NCBI GenBank assembly: GCA_030390025.1 | Contig: CM059430.1 | Location: forward strand, 75,454,001-75,518,000 | Direction: 5' to 3' | DNA: 64,000 nucleotides | Source of the DNA: Squalus acanthias | Lineage: Eukaryota | Shown here: in pieces, positions 12,427 to 24,700 of the stretch | Position numbering within the stretch: the first letter of the stretch is position 1 | How the letters are laid out: each line of letters begins with the position of its first letter | Made by a program: the position numbers and the translations under genes | Notes under the pieces: model-generated | Seen by the model: the letters and a program-made list of their open reading frames with translations, nothing else | Told to the model about the DNA's origin: nothing | The model's database searches: none

Positions 12427-14878
12427 AGATTTCCAGGATTTTGATCCAGTGATGATGAATGAATGAAGCTATATTTCCAAGTCAGAATGTTATTTGACTT
12501 GGGGAACTTTGAGGTGCTGCTTTTCTCATGCATCTGCTGCACTTGTCCTTCAAGGGGGCAGATGTTGCGGGATTGGGAGGTGCAGTCGAATAAGTCTTGC
12601 CGAATTGCTGCAGTGCATCTTTTAGGTGATACACGCTGCAGCCATTTTGCGCTGCTGGTGGAGGGACTGACTGTTTATGATGGTGGATGGAGTGCTTGTC
12701 ATTCGGGCTGCTTTGTCCTGGATTGTGTCGAGTTTCTTGAGTGTTGATTGAGCTGTACTCATCCAGGAAAGTGGAGAGTATTCCATCACACGCCTGTCTT
12801 GTGCCCTATCAGTGGTGGAACAGCTTTGGGGAGTCAAAAGATAAGTCATGCGCAGCAGAATACCCAGCCTCTGAAATGCGCTTTTAGCCACAGTATTTAT
12901 GTGGCGGTTCCAGTTAAGTTTCTGGCAAATGGTTACTCCCAGGATGTTGGTGGTGAGGCATTCGACTATGGTAATGCCACTCTTTAGTAGGGGTTGGGGA
13001 TGGTCATTGTCTGGCACTTGTGCCACTTTGCAGCCCAAACCTGGATGTTGTCCAGCTCTTGCTGAATGCGTGTATGGACTGCATGGTTACCTGAGGAATT
13101 GTGAATGGCACTGAACACTGTGCAATCATCAGCAAACATCCCGACTTCTGACCTTATGATGGAGGCAAGGTCATTGATCAGCAATTGAAGATGGTTGGGC
13201 CTAGAACGTGATTGGCCTCCAACAAACACAACCATCTTTGTGCTCAGTATGACGCCAGACAGTGGAGAGTTTTGCCCCTGATCCCATTGACGTCAATTTC
13301 ACTGGTGCTGCTTGGCGCATCACTCGGTTAAATGCTGCCTTGATGTCAAAGGCATTCACTCTCACCTTACCTCTCGAATTCAGCTCTTTTGTCCATGTTT
13401 GGAACAAGGCTGTAATGAAGTCTGAAATCGAGTAGTCCTGCGTGACCCCAAACTGAGCATCGGTGAACAGGATATTGGTGAGCATGTGCCACTTCATATC
13501 ACTGTCGACGACACCTTCCCTCCCTTTGCTGATGATTGAGAATAGGCTGATGAGGCAGTAGATGGCGGGCTTGGATTTGTCCTGCTTTTTGCAGACATTA
13601 CATACCTTGGCAACTTTCCACCTTGTCGGATAGGTGCCAGTATTGTAGCTGTACTGGAACATCTTGACTAGAGGTGAGGCGATGTTAGAGCACACGTCTT
13701 CAGCACGATGGCCGGGATGTTGTTGTGGCCCACAGCGTTTGCTGTACCCATTGCACCCAGTCGTCTAATGATATCACGTGATGTAGGTTTTCCTCTCATG
13801 TTGGTTCTCTCACCACCTGCCACAAGCCCATTCTGACAGATATCTTCTTCAGAACTCGGCCAGCTCGGTCAGCAGTGCTGCTAGCGAACCACTCTTGGTG
13901 ATGGACACGGAAGTCCCCCACCCGCAGCACACTCTGAGCCCTTGCAATCCTAAATGCTTTATCCAAGTCAAGTTTAACTGCTCAAGAAGTGCAGTAGGTG
14001 GTATTCAGCAGGAGTTTTCCTTGCCCATGCTTTCCCTGATGCCGTGGGATTTCATGGAGTCCGAAGTCAATATTGAGGATTCCAAGGCCACTTCCTTCCG
14101 ACTGTATACCACTGTGCCGCCACGTCTGGTGGGTCTCTCCTGCCACTGGGACAGGACATACCCAGGGTTGTTGTTGTAGGAGCCTGGGACAATGGCTGAT
14201 GATTATGCGAGAATGAATATGTCAGGCAGTAGGTTGACTAATCTGTGGGATAACTCTCCCAATTCTGACACAATTCCACAAACGGACGTGAGGAGGACTT
14301 TGCAAGATCCACTGGTCTGGGTGTGCCTTTGCCTTGCCCGATGACCAGGTAGATGCCAGGTGCTCAGTCCAGTTATATTCTAGTTTTACTTTTTTTAGTG
14401 GTATAATTATTCTGTGATTTTAGTAACTCCTACAGTTGTACAAAAGTAAATAGGCATTTTAATATTCCATGTTATAATGTATGGAGACGGGAAAATATTT
14501 CTAACTAATCGGCGTTGCAGATATCACAGACAAACACGTTGGAGAAGTGCAATTAAACACAATTTCTCAAAATAAAGTTTTGCATTAGTTTCGTTTCCAA
14601 AACAACTCTGTTTTTAATGGAGCAAACCTAACATCAGAAGGATTTGGATTACATCGCCGAACAATTTTAAATTAACAGCACAAAGAGATCTCAGTTTTAA
14701 GAATAAATTGCTTTTTGCATGACAAACGAAGCTTGCATGGAGCGAATATATCTGTAATGAATCACAGGGCTTAATTCCATTCAGTTTATTTCCTCATTCC
14801 TCATTCTCAGCTTAAATGGACACATCTCCTTAAGACGTTGCTGTTTTGTTCCAACCAGTACAACTCCACCACCACAAG

Positions 14879-14906
14879 TCATTCTGCGTCCCAACACTTA
14901 ATGCAT
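14879..14906 (-). CDS. Putative last coding exon of the activating receptor (tail ...RCIKCWDAE*)
   Basis: Acceptor tttcgtttcacag; phase 2 matches the TM exon donor; AATAAA on minus at 14785-14790. Confidence 0.55.
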
Positions 14907-17161
14907 CTGTGAAACGAAATTCAGTTCAATACAGTTTTTATCGCTGATAATCCTTACATTCTTGATTACATTTACAGGTCGTCACTTTGCACCAGCAAGA
15001 AATTGCTTCTGTGTCTATATTTTGGAATTACAAGAGTTCCCATTAAAATTGTTCAGATATTTCCATTCAGTTTGATAAGATTATTCTGTTACCATAATTT
15101 GAACCTTTATATTGTGCAGTCTTAATCAATTCCGAGCCTTCATCACATAATACTTAATCTTTTAGCAATGATTTTTTCTGTCACGAAATTAAATTCAATC
15201 ATATGGATAGCACTACAAGGTTAGAAATGAAACTAAAACGGAATAGTTTTCAAACCCGTCTAGAATGACTTGTTGTACATGCATTAATCTGTGTAGCTTC
15301 ATTTATTAATTTGTATCATGTGTTGCACAATCACTTATGAATTGTGGTTTAAAGACTATTTCAAAGATGAGGAATATGCAGTCTAGTGAACCAGGGTTTA
15401 TTTAGACAACATAAGGTTGCAAAAACGTTTCAAAAGCTTTCCACCACTGGGGTTTCCCTCGCGTCATGTCTGGATATGAGCAAACTGATTGATTAAACAG
15501 CAACTCTATTATCATTGTAAGATGCAACGACCAGAATGGTAGAAGGTGCACTACATATACCATGATCTTTTCTTATCTAGCAATTCTCATGTTCCTAAAC
15601 CATCTTTGCAGCACATCCAGTGTCTGGGTCGCTTCGATCAGTTTTCTCTCCTGTGGTGTCCAGGAAATATGATACCACCAGGATTTGAGCATCATAATAC
15701 AAATTGTTTACAACTAGTTGAAGGAAAATCTAGGGCTCCAACGGATTTTGCTTGAACAGGCTTATTGTAATTAATCTACTAATGTGTGAGTAAAGTTTTG
15801 ATTTTTAGCTCCTAAAGTGTTACAACATTATATAGGCATCATAGTAATTTAAATTTCCACTAAAATAGAGACTACATACCAAACTTTCTGAATGTCAGTC
15901 TTGCAAAAGATCAGAAGCATCACGCCACTGTAAAAGTAGAGTTCGTTTTCATCGATATTTAAAGTTACTAAATGATACTGGGAAGATGCCCCATTTTGAT
16001 GTATGCAAATTAGGTAAGTATCTGTCTATTAGGAAATATGTAATACGGAGCAAAACAGGTTAATTTACTCATACTAAAATTCAGCACAAAGCATTACTAT
16101 ATTTAACGATATCTCAAGCATGAGCAAAGTACGGTTTATATCAGATTCATCACCTATATAATATGTTATTTTGGTAAAATATGTAAATAACAAATATATA
16201 ATGATCTGAGTAGAACATAGTATTCAAGGGTCAAGTTCCACTTCTATCTCCAGGTGTTAACGGGCAGGTAACGGCTTCATAATGAGGTGAGTAGACTTTA
16301 CGCCCATTTAACACGATAAAAGAACCCCGATGCATTTTGAATAGGGTCTACCGCAATACCCGGCGCCTCCTGTTTGAGTTGGTACCCAAAAACCCTTTTA
16401 ACATGCAAATAGCGGTCCTTGGATCCGGATTGATATTTTAGGGCAGAACTGAACGAAACTATGTGCTTTGCAAACTCGGAGGATTTCCACGGACCACAAA
16501 TCCAGTGAAAGCCAGACAAGTCAAGTGTGGAATTTTTTGAGTGGGTCCCGGAGGAGCACGGGAGCTGCTCTGGGCCTCACAAATTTATTTGGGCTGCTGC
16601 CGCCTCGGAAGGCCATCCTCGGCGATTTGCACGTTCCTTGCTGGCGGCTGGGAGAACCTCATCCCAGTGAGCAGTATTGGGAAATCCTTTTGGTGCGCGG
16701 CTGATTGCCGGCTCAATATTAATAAAGCCAGTACCTCAAAATCGTGGCCGCCTCGTTGTCACGGCTACGCTCTATAAGCTAGCGCGCACTGTCTGTCAGT
16801 CTCCTGCCCTAAAGTTAAAATATCCCCTGTACAGTACAAGACATTCGCCCATCAAGTCTGTGTCGGTGCTTTTCCCTGCAGCAGATACCTCGCGGGTTAT
16901 TCTAAATTCTGCCGATGGTGTAAAACGGGCGGTTACAGATCCGTCATCCTTTATGCACAGCCACGTTCTTCCATTGGCTGAAGTCCATGGAAGGGTAAAT
17001 CCGGCGGAGTTTATAAAGTGCGGCCAACTCCATTACACGCATTTTACACCATCGCACAATGTTAAAATTATCCGACAATCTTCTTTCATTATTTTCAGTT
17101 GTTGTTCTCTGTCTGCCCTGTCTTAAAGCTATCGCCCGTCAGTGATAAATGAATGTCTTAC

Positions 17162-17270
17162 CTTTCAATGCAGTTGATCCAGAAATGATCCGCAATAATT
17201 ATCGTCAGCATCAAAATGACCAACACACTCAATACCAACCGAACAACCATAACTGTCTTGTCAAGGGAAA
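17162..17270 (-). CDS. Transmembrane exon with positively charged Arg (activating-receptor type)
   Basis: Acceptor ttcatttcctag, donor gtaaga; encodes SLDKTVMVVRLVLSVLVILMLTIIIADHFWINCIER, phase 1 to 2. Confidence 0.85.
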
Positions 17271-18699
17271 CTAGGAAATGAATAAGAAACAGAAATGATA
17301 AACGGCGGTTTATATAAAAGGCGGCTGAGCTGAACCTCGACTTTACTCTCCGACGCCAAATAGAAAAATCGACCCCATTGTATTCCTGGTCCTGCACCCG
17401 AACAATGCAGTAGAGATTGAGAATTTCATTACAAAACCGTGAAGTTCTTTAGCTAAAAGTGTTATGAAGCTATTTTAATAGTGTTTTGCAACATGCACTT
17501 CAGAGAAAGGAAGTAAATATATTCTGCCATCCCTGTGCAGCGTTATTTGGGACAATATCCGTATTTTAATGACATTAGAATTCCGAACAATCAAGCTGAC
17601 ATTGGCTGAGACCAGAAGTATCAGATGGACTCGTCTTTTTTTTTCTCCGTAGAGATGTCCTGACTCCGCATTTACACGATAAATGTTCTTCTGGTGCTAA
17701 GCTAATTTTTTTTCCGCCGACGCTACATTGCAATATAAATGCACACTTATTTAAGTCTAATTATTGTTGAAACTCTCGGCACATTACCCATATTAGAAAC
17801 CTCAACAATTAAGGTAATTTTAGCTCGCGCCGTGACGGTGTGGTGAGACTATTGACAAGTATTAACAGCACCTCTCCGGACGGGCTCTGTCTCTGTCTCC
17901 TTCTAAAGGCTGGAACTTCATACAGTCCATTCATGTTATACTTTGTGCTTGTCGCTATGCCGATCAAAATCTCAATCCCATATCTACACCAAGTGAGGTT
18001 GAGAGTCCCCGGGTAAAACTCAACGGTTTTTCACGCTAGATTCAGAGCATAGAAATTTAATTCTGGTACTTTGGAGAAAATCCTCAGCTGAGTTGGTGGA
18101 ATCGTCGGAAAAAAATGGTTAAGAAACAGCATTTGGGCTATTTTGTTCTTGCGTTTACCAATTATCTTCTCTTCATTTGGAGCCTTTAAACGGGATAGCA
18201 TTAATGTATCAGTGTTGAATGACTACCGCAAAATTGTATTAATTACATAAAAAATAATTAATCAAGAGAACTGCGCATTTGAAGCGCAGCTTCGTTTATG
18301 TTCGAGAAACTTCACTGCATAAGATAAATTCATATCAATATGAATTGACATAAATGCCTGTTCAAATGTCCCTTGTCTATTGTATTATTATGACTTGACA
18401 GTATTGGTAAAAACTTCAGTTGTTACAAATCCAATATAACTTTCAAAATTGGAATGTTGTTGCGTTTTCAAATAACAGTCATAGTTGTCATGCAATTTTC
18501 CACTAAATATTCTGAAGAAATATCAAGTCGGTTACAATATCAATAGACATTGTCTCAGTTGTATCTTGCTATGTCTTTGATGTGACCTGATTGCCTTTTG
18601 TCACACCTCGGCAGATAAACAGTCAGGGTGATTTAAATGTAGTCGTCTGCTTTTGTAAGTAACACATGCATTGTTCTCTATCTATATATGCTTTGGCGA

Positions 18700-18845
18700 T
18701 TCTGTATCTCTTTACTTCACCTGAGGAAGGGGCGATCGATAGCTCCGAAAGCTTGTGATTTCAAATAAAACTGTTGGACTATAACCTGGTGTTGCGCGAC
18801 TTCTCATTTTTGTCCACCCCAGTCCAACACCGGCATCTCCGCATC
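18700..18845. mobile_element. Short Penelope-type terminal fragment
   Basis: cacctgaggaagg...ctccgaaagcttgtgatttcaaataaa resembles Penelope terminal repeats. Confidence 0.45.
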
Positions 18846-18964
18846 ATGACCAGATTAAGTATGTTGCCACATAAAATGCTAAATATTTTCTAGTATTAAT
18901 AATCACGTTAACTAATCTACAATGTTAAAATGGTAAAGAATGATATAATAAATGCAGTAACCAT

Positions 18965-19320
18965 TTAAGATAGCAAATTGTTGCAGCATAAAAGAGCAAA
19001 CATGTTGCAGTATTAAGTAGCGCACATGCATTAGAAAGTAGCAAATATATTGCAGAATTAAATTGCTAATTTGTTCCAGTACAAAATATCCAATATCTTG
19101 CAGCATAAAATAGCCAATAAGTTACAGAATTAAATAGTAATGCGTTGCAGCATCAAATATCAAATATGTTATAGCATAAACCATCAAATATGTTGCATTA
19201 TATAATAGCCGATATGTTGCATTACAATATAGCCAACATGTTGCAGCATCAAATATCAAATAGGTCGCAGAACAAAATACTCAATATATTACAGTATCAA
19301 ATTGAAAATATGTTGTAAAT
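18965..19320. repeat. Degenerate ~24-bp minisatellite
   Basis: Recurring aaatatgttgcagcataaaatagc-like unit, about 15 copies. Confidence 0.8.
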
Positions 19321-21788
19321 ATAAGAAGATAAACCGTGATCGCAGAGATTTTATTCGTGAGTTTTGGCCCATTGGCACATACCATTCTCGCCTTTAGTAC
19401 ATAGCGTATCCTTTACTTTTAGCTTGGAAATTGACTGCAGATGTCACTTTCGTGTGGGGAGATATCGATCCCGGCAAATCCAACACCTTCCTGCAGAGGT
19501 TATTGAGCCCAATACCAAATCAGTTTCTAAGCAGAAGTTTTTCTGGTGATATTTTATTCCGTGGCAGCTGTAATTTTGCGTTCGAAATCGCCAGAGCTGA
19601 TCGATGACTATCCAATATCACTTGGCTTTAAGCTGTGGGCTACAGATTGGTGGTTCGGGGAGGGACGCAATTGCTATTACAAACTGGAACACTTGTATGT
19701 TTCTAGAGGGTGAATAATTTTAAATATATGTCCATCTGAAATTATATTAGACATTATTTTATTTCCTACTCCGTGCCAGATAAAATCGGTTAATTTGACA
19801 GTGCGAACACACATTGGTTGAAAAAATCAACAAAATCATTGAACATCATGGTAGTTTTGTAATTTCAGCCTTAAATTTGACGACTGGAGATATGTAAAAG
19901 CAGAGCTGCTGCGGCGCAGAATAAATTGGGGACGACTTTAATCTGCATTTAGGGCGTACAAAATAACTCTGTACAACCAAATCGGAACTTGAAATATTTC
20001 GAATTGATTTTAGGTTTCATATTTCAAATGTGTCTCTTCTATTCTTCAACACAAATAACATGCGACGCAACTAGACAAGGTTCCGATATTTAAACAAATG
20101 AGGAAAAAATTATCAGCATGTAAAGCTGCAAATGGATAGTGCGGATATTAGTCGGTGCACGCTGAGGGGTGGTAAAAGAGCCCAGTTTTTTTAAAAATAA
20201 CATAGGCTTTCATCTGTTTATTTTTAAATAAAGTTGTAGATTTTCAACTTGCCACACGGGAGTGACACTGATGTTCAGAATGGGGCCACCTGTTATGCTC
20301 ACAATCCTCGGGCTCTTTCTACGATGCAAGCGTAATATTAAGTATTTATTTTAACTATTTAGAAATTAGACGACCGGATCTCCACTTCCATTGACTTCAG
20401 TGGAAAGGAACATCCTGCGTAGATTAGAATGAGATACTCATTCAATGAAGCTGATGGGCGGAAAATTGTTCACTGACAAAATGTCCAGCACCCATATTTA
20501 TTTTGAAATAACGAACATTTGAGGTTGCTTTCTCCACCCAGTTTCACTTACCAGAGATTCACTCGGAACTGAGCGACAATCGCAACTGGCAGGAAATAAA
20601 ACGGTAATTTTAAATAAAACTCGAAGTAGGAATGAGGGAGATACAATTAACCAGATATAAAAAGTGGGAGAGGGAGAGCCGAGAAACGCAGAGAAAGAGC
20701 AGAAAATACCTGTGTAAATAATCCCGAGGACCCATATGAACAACAGTACAGAGCGGCCAGACATATTGAACAATACAAATCGCCATCTTTGCTGTGAATA
20801 ACAACGGTCATTTGGGAAAAAATGGTTTGTGCATGATCTGTCATAAAATGACACGTAATATCAAAAGGCAGAATCGGAGCTGGCAAATGAGGCACTAATT
20901 GAAGTGCGTAGGGTGATGTTTCACGAAGCCCCATTCGGTCGGAAGTGCACCGTGTATTCCATTCCGCCAACCCAGTAACTCCGCAGCTCATCCAAATGAA
21001 TTCCGGGGTGAGAAACAAGGATTTACTAATATTGCGCTTCGGCTGAGAACCGTTCAGCTCTTGAACGCAAGTGAATATGAGGATGAAAACTGGATGATGT
21101 TGCAGCAATTATTATGCTGTAGCAAATTAATTTAATCAAATGATTTTATGACTAAAGCGACACTTTAAGACACTGCTGTAATGACGTGGTGTGGCCTGCA
21201 ATTGCATTAATGTGCTTTCCTGTCTACAGCTGGCCATAGGATCAAATATTCACCTCTAAACTGGTTTCACAGAAAGGCCCAATGGTCAGTGGCAATGTTA
21301 GCAGAGGCCTGGGACTAGAAAGTAAAAATACATCCCGGGGAATATCGAGGCTGATGCAGAAATCTAAATAATGTTAGATCGTCAGATCGCTTAAGGTGGA
21401 GACAATACATAAAAAATGTATATTAATAAGTGACAATCATCCTACCGCATGCCATCAAAAGATTGATAACCGCTGATATTTTAGCTGCTTCCGGAAATAA
21501 ATTGTTTTTTAAAAATTGCGTATAATTTCTGCATTGAACGTATAGTTGCCACATACCACATATTTAATGACATAATACAGTATTGTCAAATTAGCCACTG
21601 CAGTGGATTTATGCTCCGTGTGGAGTCAAAATGAAGCAGTCAGCGACTATCCGCTCAAAGGAGTGTCACTCGGCTTCTCTCGGAGTCGGGTCCTGACTGC
21701 CGGTCTACACTACAGGTTTGCCTATGGTGCTAATTGAATTGACTTCCTACCGACGCTAAACTTGCAGTGTAAATGCACACTTATTTCA

Positions 21789-24700
21789 CTACAGTTCAAG
21801 GTGTTGGTGAGAATGTCGGCACGTTACTTTTTTAGAAATCGGAACAATGAATCTCTCACTAGCTGTATGCGTCAGTGTCAGGTGAGACACTTGACAAGTA
21901 TAAACAGTCCCGCTCCGGACGGGCTGTGTCTTCTTCAACAGGCTGGAAACTTCATATAGTCCGTTGATGTTCAACTTTGTACTTGTCACTATGCCGATCA
22001 CAATCTCAATTACATCTTTATACCAAGTGAGGTTGAGAGTCCCCGGATGAAACTCATCCGTTTTACACACGATATTCAGAGCAGAGGTGTTTAATTCAGG
22101 TACGTTGGAGAAAATCCTCAGCGGAGTTGGCGGAACTGTAGAAATAAAACAGGTCAGAAATAGCATTTGGTCTATTTTGTTCTTGAGTTTACAAATGATC
22201 TTCTCTTCATTTGGAGCCTTTAAAACGGACGTCATTAATGTATCTGAGTATTGAATGACTGACGCGAATTTTTTATTCATTACATACAAATTAATTAACT
22301 AAAATATTTCGGAAATAATACAATGTTTTACTTCTTGTAGGCTTCGCAAAATCCCCCAGAAAATAGAACAGAGCCCTAAAGGGAGTGATTTTTGGACTTT
22401 TCATACAAGCTTGGGATGATGGGGCCTAAGTGAAGTAATTTAATGTAAAAACCTAAAGATCAGGGAAGAAAAAAAACCTGAGGAAACTGACGTGTTGAAT
22501 CTTACTGTTGGGAGAGAAACCTTTCACAGACACAAGCTGCGAGGGGCGTGGCCGGGCAGTGAACAGATCAAGCTGTCTGGGAATTGCTTACACTGCAAAT
22601 CCTACCAAGGTGCAAGAGACAAAGCAAAAACTCACAAACACATTCAAATATGAATCCCCAGGGGCAAACAAGATGCTGGAAATCTAAAAACGATGCAATG
22701 ACAATAAAACTTAGATCACACAGTTTCATAGCCATTATCCCATCAAAAAAATCAATCAACCAGGTATCCACAGAACAAATTAAAAAACCCGCCAACAGTC
22801 CTAGGACAATAAGGTGGAGATTTGGCTGTGTTTAAATCGGAAAACGATCAAGTCATGTTTAACACTGAGCAAAAGCCATCGGAACTGGCAAGCCCGCCAA
22901 AACTAGACAATTGGACTTAGCAAGCTTCATTTGCAACCAAAAGGAATCCGTTTTAGTAAGGGTTATTTGGGCGCAAAAAAGAAACAGTATAATTTGAATC
23001 CTGTGCCATAATCTCTCTCTTTTTCGGACTGGCTGATGATGCGGACACAGTGCAAAACCTACCACAAGCCACGAGGAAGAAGGCCAGAAGAGCAGCACGC
23101 AAGAAGAAACCAGTGCGACTGCCTCAGTGACCATCTGACACCTCGCAGCAACAAGGGCCTTACGGAGTCTTTTTTAAACAAAAGACTCTAATATCCTGTC
23201 AAGGATTCGTTGGTGAGCATTATCCCTGATCTCCTGAAACTAAAAACCTAGCCAGATAGTGGGATCTTTGGGAGGGATAAGGTTTTGTTTGATATATTGG
23301 GCCAAAAATTGATCCCGCTGCACGAGAGTATGCAGTGCGTACTCTCGCGTATTCTCTCTCCAATTGCCGATTTTCTGCATGCACTGCGCATGCGCTGAAA
23401 ACCGGCACTTGGTCTTTGGAAAAGGGGGCGGTTCCTCGGTGCACCGCGTGCGCGCTACAGGCTGCGCGCACGCTGTGCACTTAGTGCTTTGGACGCACAG
23501 GTAAGGACGGAAGATTTTAGAAACGAAAAAAGGAGGAGTAAGACCCACTTTTAACAAGGTGAGTAGTGAATTAAGTATTATTTTGAATTTTTTTTAACAG
23601 GTATATCTTTTTTAGAGACTTTAAAGAAAGGTAAGTTTATTTTTATAACTTTTTAAAAGATTTTAAATTTTTTCAAAAATTTAATTTTTTATTTAAAATG
23701 TTTAATTTATTTAACTATACTTATTTTATCAATGTGATGTTTTTTTTTAAATTTAATTGAGGTTTAGCTGTTATTTTGGGGGTGTGTAAGATTCATAGCT
23801 TTCACAGCACATATGTGAAACTTATGATTGGAAGATGGTGTGCTGCCATTGGCTCTAACTGAGTCACGTGATCCCACAGCTCGCACGAATTCACTACCCC
23901 GGCGGGATACGCAAGCACTGCCCAGCTGATGTCTATAACATCAAGTTCGTGCGAGCTGGATCTGAAAAAGCCAACCCGGAGTGAGAGATCGCGCCTGCTC
24001 CTTACCCCCGCGGGAACAGAGCGAGATCAATTTCTGGGCCATAGACATTTCCCTCGCTTGTACCGTGTGCTCCCCAAATCTTTGTTTAAGTAATAAGTAT
24101 GTTCCAAGTTTGTTACCTTTTCTTTTAATCAAGTAAAATTTCTTTCATCAGAATCTGTCGTTTACTGCAATTTTGTTCACAACCCTAAATAAGTCCAAAG
24201 TCTAGGAACCGGAGGGTTGTGGGAGCGATTAACATACCCCTTACACTTCTATAGCAGTTTCTAGCAATATATTGCAGGGCTATGGGGAAAGAGCAGGGGA
24301 ATGGGCCAATCAGATAGCTTTTTCAAAGAGCCGGCGCAGGCACGATGGGAAAAATGGTCTCCTTCTGTGCTTATCATTCTATAACTTTTGAATTTTGATT
24401 TTTATCAATAAACCGCCAATTTAAATATTGTAATGCATCAGACCAATAGTTTAGCATGTAACAGGACGAAACATCGTGCACAGCGAACCTTCAAATCTAA
24501 TCCTGTCCCCCTCCAAAAAAATCGATTGTTATTTCAAACTAAAAAAACGCTAGTTTTGTGTCAGTTACAAAGTTTGTGTGAAATGCACAAATTCTTATTC
24601 GGCAACATTTTTTTTTAAAGTGAGGAGATTGGTTTTGCAGAATTTGAAACAGGTCATCATCTAAGACGGGAGAATTTGTAGTTTGGGAACAAAACTATAT

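Larger units (their letters stand above)
10195..14350 (-). mobile_element. L2/CR1-group LINE (distinct family), degenerate, interrupted by a DNA element at 10328-12426
   Basis: Minus ORFs 13201-13695 (WKVAKV..KKQDKS, FDIKAAF), 12984-13235 (MFADDC) and 12622-13038 (ILGVTI..KLNW); homologous to 31750-32517. Confidence 0.85.
17788..20764 (-). pseudogene. Degenerate duplicate (gene C) of the L-V-C1 unit of gene B
   Basis: Intact 55-nt leader 20710-20764 (MSGRSVLLFIWVLGIIYT); V reduced to 34 nt (20552-20585); C1 17788-18101 with acceptor AG>GA, first Cys>TGA (18031-18033) and a frameshift; flanking introns align with gene B. Confidence 0.88.

Noticed and set aside
342-13114. Numerous antisense ORFs over LINE sequences
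   Set aside because: Shadows of RT coding frames with no independent support
20552-20585. RAG-mediated deletion of the V exon
   Set aside because: No CAC-starting cryptic RSS at the corresponding breakpoints in paralogue B
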